Of a DNA stretch of 64,000 nucleotides, positions 9,706-17,925 are shown one piece after another. Within the stretch, counting starts at the first letter, position 1, and each line of letters starts with the position of its first letter. The notes below the pieces were generated by a model, which saw only the letters and a list, made by a program, of their open reading frames with translations, had not been told where the DNA came from and did not search any database. Position numbers and translations under genes: made by a program. This DNA comes from Bacillales bacterium UBA6120 (GTDB lineage: Bacteria > Bacillota_I > Bacilli_A > RFN20 > CAG-826), in NCBI GenBank assembly GCA_002422535.1, contig DIVY01000010.1:4172-68171 (forward strand), written 5' to 3'.

Positions 9706-10665
9706 CTATTTTAAGTTATCGATGACGCGTACTAGATGCGTATGGGGATTCCGTTGCATCGCTAAGGCTTCATATATATCATAATCAACCATCTCGTTCC
9801 CGACGATGGCGATACAGCGACCGGATTTCCCTTGGACGAGGCAATCGATGGCGTAGGCACCCATCCGTGAAGCCAAAATACGGTCGAAGGCCGAGGGTGA
9901 ACCGCCACGTTGAATGCGCCCAAGCACTTCGGCCCGCGATTCAAAACCGACTTCTCGTTCAATTTCCCGCGCTAATTCCTGAACGTCGAATAGTTTTTCG
10001 CTGACGATAATCATCGCGTGTTGCTTGGCGGATTTCTTTTGGGCGAGCATGGCGTCCATGATATCTTTTTTGGGAATCAAATGATCGCTAGACACGATTA
10101 ACTCGACGCCACAGGCAATCCCGGAAAATAGCGCTAAATCGCCAGAGCGGTTACCCATAACTTCAATAATCGAGCATCGTTGATGACTCGAGGTTGTATC
10201 GCGTAATTTATCGACAGCGTTGATGATGGTATTTAAGCATGTATCAAAACCGATTGTGTAGTCAGTACAAGCGATATCGTTATCGATGGTGCCGGGAAGA
10301 CCAATGCAGTTGATACCCATTTCAGAAAGCTTTTTGGCACCCATATACGTGCCATCGCCACCGATGACCACGAGAGCATCAATACCATGACGCCGCAGTT
10401 GCTCAACGCCACGTTGCCGGACTGCGGGATCGGCAAATTCAGGTAAGCGCGCCGAGCGCAGTATCGTACCACCAAGATTAATAATACTCGACACAAACGA
10501 ACGATCGACTTGTTCGATTTGACCTTCGACTAAACCTTTATAACCATTATAAATGACGAACATGTCCTTGCCGTTTTTTAGCCCAGCCCGAACAATCGCC
10601 CGAATGGCAGCATTCATACCTGGGGAATCGCCACCAGAAGTCAAGACGCCGATGCGTTGTACCAT
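9706..10665 (-). CDS. pfkA: ATP-dependent 6-phosphofructokinase
   Basis: 319 aa, GVLTSGGDSPGMNAAIRA..., the canonical PfkA sequence. Confidence 0.95.
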   Translation of the reverse strand: MVQRIGVLTSGGDSPGMNAAIRAIVRAGLKNGKDMFVIYNGYKGLVEGQIEQVDRSFVSSIINLGGTILRSARLPEFADPAVRQRGVEQLRRHGIDALVVIGGDGTYMGAKKLSEMGINCIGLPGTIDNDIACTDYTIGFDTCLNTIINAVDKLRDTTSSHQRCSIIEVMGNRSGDLALFSGIACGVELIVSSDHLIPKKDIMDAMLAQKKSAKQHAMIIVSEKLFDVQELAREIEREVGFESRAEVLGRIQRGGSPSAFDRILASRMGAYAIDCLVQGKSGRCIAIVGNEMVDYDIYEALAMQRNPHTHLVRVIDNLK

Positions 10666-10739
10666 GAACGAGCCCCCTTTGCATCAATCTAAAAAATATT
10701 TTAGCATTTTATTAAGTGTTATTTAATCATTGGTTGCAT

Positions 10740-11567
10740 TTACTTAAAGGAAGTACGGCGCCACGATTGGCTGTATTTTTTCATACGCTCCGATAAGGCG
10801 CGTTTGTTTTGAAGATTTTCTTTTAAGTATTGGTGGCGCGTACCGCGAGGAATTACCACAAATGAAGGAATGTCCTTCATCGATTTTTTTAAATGTTTTT
10901 TGATCAATTCATAATTGAATGATTTGCAACTAAAAATATCAAACATGATATCGCCTGTGGTCAAGTTGTAGTGGAAACTAATATGGCTCTCGGCAATCAT
11001 GGTGATGCCCGACAGATAAGATGGGTTTTTATTGGAATCGAAAATAACATAGGGGCGAATGATGGGCGTCATTTCCACGTCGGCGACCAATTGCTCGAGA
11101 TATTTGAAAATATATTCCATGGTGACCGGCTTTTTGGGAGTTAACCTTGCCAAAATGTGGGGACCGAATATTTCGCTAGGATCAAAGGGAACGACTTCTT
11201 CGCGGCCGATGCTGCGGTCGACGGTGACGACATTGGACTTGTCACGATCAAACGGCCAGTTTTCAAAGAATAAAGCTTCGGCTTTTGTCTCGTTGAAACC
11301 TTCGGGGTCGTAAAGATCAACGAAGTAGCACGCGAGTAACGGGAAAGTGTGAATTGTTAAATGACCACCCTTAAGAAAGACGAATGAAGAAATACCGATG
11401 TCTTCTGGTTCAGCTCCGTAATAATAGGGCAACAAAAACGGCGGCGCCACTGGTGTCAGTTTAAGGCGCGCCGTAATTTCATTTAAAGTGTTTTGGATAT
11501 ATTTGATATCGTTGAGATTATTTCGTTTTACCCCATAGGCGTCAAGCATGAAGTGTTTCATTATCAT
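10740..11567 (-). CDS. Tandem (pseudo-dimeric) S-adenosylmethionine decarboxylase-fold protein. The N-terminal half is degenerate and the C-terminal half keeps the pyruvoyl-processing motif.
   Basis: 275 aa. Residues 1-120 and 130-230 each align to class 1b AdoMetDC (SpeH-like). The N-half reads FVFLKGGHLTIHTFP, with the Glu-Ser cleavage pair replaced by Gly-Gly at codons 11369-11364. The C-half reads MIAESHISFHY...FDIFSCKS, with the ESH at codons 10991-10983 and the FTCG-like cysteine both retained. Confidence 0.6.
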   Translation of the reverse strand: MIMKHFMLDAYGVKRNNLNDIKYIQNTLNEITARLKLTPVAPPFLLPYYYGAEPEDIGISSFVFLKGGHLTIHTFPLLACYFVDLYDPEGFNETKAEALFFENWPFDRDKSNVVTVDRSIGREEVVPFDPSEIFGPHILARLTPKKPVTMEYIFKYLEQLVADVEMTPIIRPYVIFDSNKNPSYLSGITMIAESHISFHYNLTTGDIMFDIFSCKSFNYELIKKHLKKSMKDIPSFVVIPRGTRHQYLKENLQNKRALSERMKKYSQSWRRTSFK

Positions 11568-11799
11568 TCCCCTTTTGCACTAAAATCGTAGCAAAAACAA
11601 TAGGTGATGACAACAAATATATTTTGGAATTTTTAACGATGCTTTTTCCACCTTAAATAAGTGCCAATCATACGCTACTTTTAATTGTTTTGTGGAAAAA
11701 TACAAACAATTTGCCAAATAAATAAAGGCGATATGAACGCCATTTTTCTTTTTCATTAACTATAATATATAGTATCTTATAGGTGTTAGGAACTACCAC

Positions 11800-13035
11800 A
11801 TGGATTATTTATCGACTCATGATTTCATTACGATTCGCCGCGCTAGCCTGATAAGTGACATCGATCGCCGGTTAGTTACCGAATTGTATCAACCGCTCAT
11901 TGGTCATCAAGGCGTGGCTTTTTATCTAACGCTCGACGCCTTCCACGATTTGACAATTTCTGGTGAGCCGTGGCCGCTTGAGACCTTGCAAAACCAAACC
12001 CAGTTGACCATTCACGATATCTCGCTTGCGAAAGCCTCGCTCGAAGCTGTGGGGCTAATCAGATCCTACGCGATTTCAAAAGCCGATTATCGCGACATTG
12101 TTTTAGAACTATTTGCTCCCAAGAGCCCGCAAGACTTTTTTGATGATGTCGTTTTAAGTGGCATGATTGAACAATATATTGGTCCCGCGATGATTAACAA
12201 AATGCGGCTTCATTATGGAGCACCACAGGCACTTGAAGGCTACGATGAACAAACGACGACATTTGGCGAAATGTTTCATCCTGATTTTACAAATCCCTTG
12301 TTTTTTGGTACTAATGACCAACGATTAATTGGTCATAAAGCCCATCAACCAGAATCAAAATTTGATCGCCAAGCGTTTTTAGCATCAATTAAGAAAGCAA
12401 GTAATTGGAAGTCCATTGTATTTTCAGAGCCCGTTATGAAAGAAATTGAACGTTATGCGAATTTATTTGGTGTCGATGAGTTGGCCATGGTCGAATTGAC
12501 ATTGACATCAATTGATCGCGATGGACAAATTGATTTTTTGAAACTTCGCGACCTGGCCGCTCTAGAAACAAGATTCGCTTTTTCTAAAACGCGGACAAGA
12601 ACCGTGGCGAAGGTGACAAGCGCGACTTCAAAAGCCCAAAAGATTAAATTGATGGAACAAACCGATCCCAAAACTTATTTCCGCTATAAAAATAACAATA
12701 CGGCTCCCGCTTTAGCGGATATGAAAATCATCGATGATGTACAAACGCGTTATAATTTGCCTTTTTCGGTCATTAATGCCTTAATCGACTACGTGTTAGA
12801 AACCGCTAACTCGACATTCCCGCGATCATTGGTCGATAAAATCGCCGCTTCATTAGCCCGCGCTCGCGTCACTTCATCAATTGACGCCATGGAATATTTG
12901 CTCAAAACGACCCGCAAGAAAAAAATCATTAAAAATGATGGGGAACTAAAGGAAGCAGATGTAGCGGCCACTTTAGATGTTGATATTGAAGCTCTTGTGG
13001 CTGCGTTCGAAGAAGAAAAGAACGGTAACAAATAA
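11800..13035 (+). CDS. dnaB: Replication initiation and membrane attachment protein DnaB. This is the Firmicutes DnaD-like helicase-loader component, not the replicative helicase.
   Basis: 411 aa. The N-terminus, ...DIDRRLVTELYQPLIGHQGVAFYLTL..., matches the B. subtilis DnaB/DnaD winged-helix region. It is followed by dnaI with ATGA overlap. Confidence 0.8.
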   Translation: MDYLSTHDFITIRRASLISDIDRRLVTELYQPLIGHQGVAFYLTLDAFHDLTISGEPWPLETLQNQTQLTIHDISLAKASLEAVGLIRSYAISKADYRDIVLELFAPKSPQDFFDDVVLSGMIEQYIGPAMINKMRLHYGAPQALEGYDEQTTTFGEMFHPDFTNPLFFGTNDQRLIGHKAHQPESKFDRQAFLASIKKASNWKSIVFSEPVMKEIERYANLFGVDELAMVELTLTSIDRDGQIDFLKLRDLAALETRFAFSKTRTRTVAKVTSATSKAQKIKLMEQTDPKTYFRYKNNNTAPALADMKIIDDVQTRYNLPFSVINALIDYVLETANSTFPRSLVDKIAASLARARVTSSIDAMEYLLKTTRKKKIIKNDGELKEADVAATLDVDIEALVAAFEEEKNGNK

Positions 13036-13931
13036 TGGATAAAATTCAAGTATCACAAATATTTATCGATGATTTCGAACAAGCGATTGAAGAACAATAT
13101 AAGCTGCTCATTAATAATGAAGCGGTCGTTAAACTAATTGACGAACTTCATGCCACTAAAGCAGAAGTGCTCGAACATATCTCGATGTTTCTCGATTACC
13201 TTGAAGATCAAACTTATTGCGCTAATTGTCCCGGCCTTGTTTCGTGCGCTAAAACGAAACGCCATTACCAAATTAAACTTCAACGACGCGGTAAATTTAT
13301 CGAACGAAGTTATGCCCCTTGCCCGCTTCTTAGCGCCCAACTTGATCAAGACCGCCGCTATTGGATTAGCGATTTTGACGAAGAACTAAAAACGGCGACA
13401 ATTGCCAGGATTGATGAAAAACAGACACGCGCCAACGCCATTGCCGCGGCCATAAGCGTTATTAAAGGCGAAACATCACGCTGGTTATATTTTACGGGGA
13501 ATCACCGCACTGGCAAAACGTATTTGATGATTGCCTTTATTAATGAGTTACTCCAAAGAAATAATGGGCAAGCCGCTGTTATTTCGGCCTCGACGCGATT
13601 TAAGGAGTTATTAGATAGCGCCATTAACGATAAACAAGGCTACAAGACCTTATTTGAGCGGTATACCGATATCGACATTCTAGGAATTGATGATTTTGGA
13701 AATGAATATAAAAGCGACTTTTTGCGCGATCAAATCGTATATCCCTTATTGCTTGAACGTGCCAAAAACAAAAAAATCACCTTTTTCACAAGTGATTTTA
13801 AAATAAGTGAAATTGGAACTTTGTATGCCACGACTGAAGCCGGTAAAATCCGTGCCAGACAACTCGTGAGATTGTTAAAAGATTACTGCGGCAGCGAACT
13901 AGAAATTGGCGGACTCAGCGGTCTTTATTAA
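13035..13931 (+). CDS. dnaI: Primosomal helicase loader DnaI (AAA+ ATPase)
   Basis: 298 aa. N-terminal zinc-binding Cys cluster (CANCPGLVSC), Walker A GNHRTGKTYL, and a dnaB-dnaI operon arrangement. Confidence 0.85.
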   Translation: MDKIQVSQIFIDDFEQAIEEQYKLLINNEAVVKLIDELHATKAEVLEHISMFLDYLEDQTYCANCPGLVSCAKTKRHYQIKLQRRGKFIERSYAPCPLLSAQLDQDRRYWISDFDEELKTATIARIDEKQTRANAIAAAISVIKGETSRWLYFTGNHRTGKTYLMIAFINELLQRNNGQAAVISASTRFKELLDSAINDKQGYKTLFERYTDIDILGIDDFGNEYKSDFLRDQIVYPLLLERAKNKKITFFTSDFKISEIGTLYATTEAGKIRARQLVRLLKDYCGSELEIGGLSGLY

Positions 13932-15329
13932 CGTATTAACCGCGTGATTAATCGCTTTTTCGGCCATAGTTTGCAATTCTTTTTGCGTTCCATCGTTAAC
14001 GATTAATTCATCGACGCGATTTTGGTAGACGGCAAACTGATTTGTGGCCGCTAATTTTAGGGCTAACTCAGGATAAGCAAAGTTTTCCTTAATGCGCTTT
14101 GTTTGGATGTCATATGAAGTAGTGACACCAATGATGTAATGCGCAAGATAATCCCATTTAGCATCGAATAGTAGCGGTACTTCGACAAATACAAGCGGCG
14201 CCTTAATTTCTTTTAACCGTTGCAAAACCTGGGCTTTGATAATGGGGTGGACCCATTTTTCCAATCTCTTTTTAGCGGGTGGATCCGTCAAAATGATATC
14301 GAGGACTTGCTTAGAATCAATGCGGTTATCAGGGAATGTCGTGTGCAGTAATTGAGCGACTTTGGTGACGCTTGCTGGTTGCGCATATAATTGTTTAACC
14401 ATCGCGTCGCTAGAAATCGTGGGGTAACCTGCTTCACTTGCAAGGCGCAAAATCGTGGATTTACCGGCATGCATCGCTCCGGTGATGGCCACCACGAGCG
14501 GTAATGAGCGATTAATTTGGCATCTGGGGCAAAAAGTTGAGCCTCGGCCTTTAACCTTTATTTTGGCGAGAGGAGTTTGGCAGCGAAGACAAGGTTTTCC
14601 CGCGCGGTTATAGGCGAATAGCTGCTGCTGAAAGCGGCCATCGACGCCTTTGGCGGCGTGATATGTCCTAATTGTGGAACCGCCGGCGGCAATCGCTTTA
14701 GCCAAGACTTCGTTTGAATTAACAAGGAGGCGTTTTACTTCATTCAATGTCAAATAGTTCCCGGGTAGTTCGGGGTGTATTTTAGCGAGGAACAACACTT
14801 CATCAACATAAATATTGCCTAAGCCAGTCATAATCGTTTGGTCAAGCAGCAATTCCTTAATGGGACGTGATGATTTGTTAAATATCGTTAACAAGCGACG
14901 AGGGTCATCGATATTAAATGGTTCTGGTCCAATGTTGCTTAAAGGTGGTTCCTTTAAATAGGTGGCCCGATTTGATAATTGCATCGTGCCAAAACAGCGT
15001 GAATCGTCATAGCAAATTTTAGTGCCATCGTTAAGTTCAAACACAACGCGGGCATAGCGAGAATCGGGTTCATCGAGGCGGCCATCGATGTATTTGCCCT
15101 CCATCCGCAGATGCGAGATTAAAATTAAGTCGGTGTCAAACGTAAAAATTAGAAATTTGCCAACCCGGTCCATCTTTTTAAATGTACGCCCCGTTAAACG
15201 GGGGATGAATTCTTCCTTCTTGGATTGAATCATGCGCCAATAATTGACGCGCACTAACGAAATGGTTTTATTGATGATTCGTGGTTCTAGTAAGCGACGA
15301 ACGGTTTCTACTTCCGGTAATTCTGGCAT
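13899..15329 (-). CDS. mutM: Formamidopyrimidine-DNA glycosylase (Fpg/MutM) continuous in frame with dephospho-CoA kinase (CoaE); apparent fusion ORF
   Basis: 476 aa. Residues 1-271 are Fpg: MPELPEVETVRR, the catalytic N-terminal Pro-Glu, and the zinc finger CLRCQ...CPRCQ. Residues about 279-476 are CoaE, with P-loop VVAITGAMHAGKST. There is no stop between them. GTG codons at 14495-14490 could be an internal CoaE start. The ORF is 1 nt downstream of the polA stop. Confidence 0.8.
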   Translation of the reverse strand: MPELPEVETVRRLLEPRIINKTISLVRVNYWRMIQSKKEEFIPRLTGRTFKKMDRVGKFLIFTFDTDLILISHLRMEGKYIDGRLDEPDSRYARVVFELNDGTKICYDDSRCFGTMQLSNRATYLKEPPLSNIGPEPFNIDDPRRLLTIFNKSSRPIKELLLDQTIMTGLGNIYVDEVLFLAKIHPELPGNYLTLNEVKRLLVNSNEVLAKAIAAGGSTIRTYHAAKGVDGRFQQQLFAYNRAGKPCLRCQTPLAKIKVKGRGSTFCPRCQINRSLPLVVAITGAMHAGKSTILRLASEAGYPTISSDAMVKQLYAQPASVTKVAQLLHTTFPDNRIDSKQVLDIILTDPPAKKRLEKWVHPIIKAQVLQRLKEIKAPLVFVEVPLLFDAKWDYLAHYIIGVTTSYDIQTKRIKENFAYPELALKLAATNQFAVYQNRVDELIVNDGTQKELQTMAEKAINHAVNTLIKTAESANF

Positions 15330-15330
15330 A

Positions 15331-17925
15331 TCAATCCTTTAACAAATACCATGAGGCGCCGACAGTTGCGGATACCTTAAGTTTAACATCAAGCGGCATC
15401 GCATGTTCCATGGTCTCGATAACGAGTGCTTGAAGCTTGTCTAATTCGTCGTTTGGAACTTTAAAGATGAGCTCGTCATGAATTTGCATGATTAATTTGC
15501 TATTTAAATCCGCTTGAGACAATTGGGCATCAATCTTAATCATCGCGATTTTTATTAAATCGGCTGCCGTTCCTTGAATGGGGGCGTTCATGGCCGCGCG
15601 TTTAGCGAATTCGCGCGTTTGATAATTTGCATCATGGATTTCCCTTAAGTAGCGGCGTCTTCCTGTTAATGTGGTGACAAACCCATTATTTTGGACATCT
15701 TGCACGAGTTGATTCATGTAGTCGCGTACTTGGGGATAGGTGGCGTAAAATGTTTGGATGATTTTTTTAGCATCTGCAGCCGGAATTTCTAACTGTTCGG
15801 ACAAGCCCCAATCAGAGATGCCATAAATAATGCCAAAATTGACGGCTTTAGCTTGGCGGCGCATCAGTGATGTAACCTCTCCTTCATGGGCGAATAAAGC
15901 CTTAGCGGTAGCCGTGTGAATATCTTTATCGGAATTAAAGACATCAATTAAAGGTTGGCATTTGCTTAGATGAGCAAGAATCCGCAGTTCAATTTGCGAA
16001 TAATCAAAGGAAACCATCTTGAAGTTCTTGTCGGGATAATAAAACGCTTGCCGAATCGTACGACTTTCTTCGTCGCGAACGGCAATGTTTTGCAAATTGG
16101 GGTCGATGCTCGATAAACGACCCGTCGTCGTTAAGGCTTGGTTGAAAATCGCATGCAGTTTGCCATCGGGAAACAGGTGGTTTTTTAAGGGTTCGATGTA
16201 TGTGGACATGAGTTTGGCGTATTTCCGATGTTCGAGTAAAAGCGATGGAAGCGGATGTTGCGTCGCTAAATATTTCAAGACATCGGCACTTGTGGACCCC
16301 TTGCGATTTTTAGGTAGCCCGAGTTCTTCAAAGAGGATTGTCGCGACTTGTTTAGGCGAGTTGATGTTAAATTCATGGCCAGCCAGCGTATAAATGTTAG
16401 TAATTGTCTCCTGAAGTTTTGCTTCAAATCCTTGCCCAATCGCTGCCAGCTTCTTAGCGTCGATAGGGACCCCTTCAAGTTCCATTTTGGCCAGCACTAA
16501 CGCAAGGGGGATTTCAATATCTAGTAAAATGGACAGCGCCCCTTTTTCGACTAAGTCGGCTTTGATTTTAGGCCAAGTCTTACGTAAATGATAGGCAATT
16601 TGGCCACAGATATCCGGATTCGCCAGTGAAAATAAGGCGCCATTATCACTCTTAGAAAAAGATGCCCCATACAAGCTTAACGTAGCTTCCGCCGCATTAG
16701 AGGTGGAAGTATCGAGGGTATATGAAGCTAGTAAAATATCGATGAAAGGGCCTTTAAGGACGAAACCATTTTTATGGGCTAACACGATTAAGGCTTTAAC
16801 GTCGAAAACATATTTTGTGATGGTGGTATCGCTCATAAGCTTCTTGAAATCATCATCTTTTTTCGCATCTTCCAGCGCGATATAGACAGTTGCTTTGCCA
16901 TTACTGACTCCGATGCCTAACAATGGTTCGCGATGATAATTGCCAATTTGGTAATCAAAGTGAAGTCCGATCGAAAAAGATGCAGCAAAATCTTTAAGCG
17001 AGGGCACCTGGTTAACCTTTATTAATTGCCCCGTTGCTTCAATTTTCCACTTTAATGGTAAGTTTTTAATAAGTGTTTTTAATTCATAACGGGCACAAAA
17101 CGAAGTGATTTCTTCAAAATCGTATCCCTGATATGTCGTGTCATCAAGAGAAAAAGGCAAGGTCATTTCGGTATCGATAATCGCTAATTTTTTGCTCAAT
17201 GTGCCGATTTCTCGATGTTCGAGAATCGAGGTACCAATTTTGCCTCCGATGGCGTTGGCCGCTTCCATGACCGCTTCAAATGTTCCATATTCATGCAGCA
17301 ATTTGACCGCGGTTTTATCGCCGATACCGGGAATGCCAGGCAGATTGTCGCTGGCGTCTCCGCATAACCCCTTATAATCGGGTATTTGACTTGGGGTGAT
17401 GCCAAATTCTTCTTTGACGCGGTCAGCGGTCATCACGCGAACATCAGACATCCCTTTTTTTATGAGGTGCACTTTGATGGTATGATTGACTAGTTGTAAA
17501 AAATCGCGATCCGATGTGTATAAAATGGCTTCAATCCCTTGTTTATGGGCGGTGTTGGCCGCGCTGCCGGCTATATCATCGGCTTCAAAACCATCGAGTT
17601 CAATCGTGTAGATGCCGAGAGCTTTTAACAAAGCGCGGGCAATCGACATTTGTTGAATTAGTTCGTCGGGCGCTTTTTTGCGTTGCGCTTTATAACTTTC
17701 TAATTGATCGTGGCGAAATGTCTTTTTTCCGGTATCAAACGCGACCATGACTCCATCGCCTTCGGTTATTTCGCTTAAGACCCGCACTATCATATTGGAA
17801 AAGATATAGATGGCGTTTGTCGGGATGCCGTCTTTGGTCCGCATGATGGATGGGCCCGAATAAGCACTTGCGTAATAGGCGCGAAATAATAAGGAGTTGC
17901 CATCGATAATCGTTAAACGTTTCAT
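15331..17925 (-). CDS. polA: DNA polymerase I
   Basis: 864 aa, with N-terminal 5'-3' exonuclease and C-terminal family A polymerase motifs. The start overlaps the dnaE stop (ATGA). Confidence 0.95.
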   Translation of the reverse strand: MKRLTIIDGNSLLFRAYYASAYSGPSIMRTKDGIPTNAIYIFSNMIVRVLSEITEGDGVMVAFDTGKKTFRHDQLESYKAQRKKAPDELIQQMSIARALLKALGIYTIELDGFEADDIAGSAANTAHKQGIEAILYTSDRDFLQLVNHTIKVHLIKKGMSDVRVMTADRVKEEFGITPSQIPDYKGLCGDASDNLPGIPGIGDKTAVKLLHEYGTFEAVMEAANAIGGKIGTSILEHREIGTLSKKLAIIDTEMTLPFSLDDTTYQGYDFEEITSFCARYELKTLIKNLPLKWKIEATGQLIKVNQVPSLKDFAASFSIGLHFDYQIGNYHREPLLGIGVSNGKATVYIALEDAKKDDDFKKLMSDTTITKYVFDVKALIVLAHKNGFVLKGPFIDILLASYTLDTSTSNAAEATLSLYGASFSKSDNGALFSLANPDICGQIAYHLRKTWPKIKADLVEKGALSILLDIEIPLALVLAKMELEGVPIDAKKLAAIGQGFEAKLQETITNIYTLAGHEFNINSPKQVATILFEELGLPKNRKGSTSADVLKYLATQHPLPSLLLEHRKYAKLMSTYIEPLKNHLFPDGKLHAIFNQALTTTGRLSSIDPNLQNIAVRDEESRTIRQAFYYPDKNFKMVSFDYSQIELRILAHLSKCQPLIDVFNSDKDIHTATAKALFAHEGEVTSLMRRQAKAVNFGIIYGISDWGLSEQLEIPAADAKKIIQTFYATYPQVRDYMNQLVQDVQNNGFVTTLTGRRRYLREIHDANYQTREFAKRAAMNAPIQGTAADLIKIAMIKIDAQLSQADLNSKLIMQIHDELIFKVPNDELDKLQALVIETMEHAMPLDVKLKVSATVGASWYLLKD

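Noticed and set aside
13899-13931. 33-nt convergent overlap of the dnaI and coaE 3' ends, as a possible antisense regulatory feature
   Set aside because: A slightly mis-called C-terminus or stop is the more likely explanation. It is kept only as a note under the Fpg-CoaE finding.
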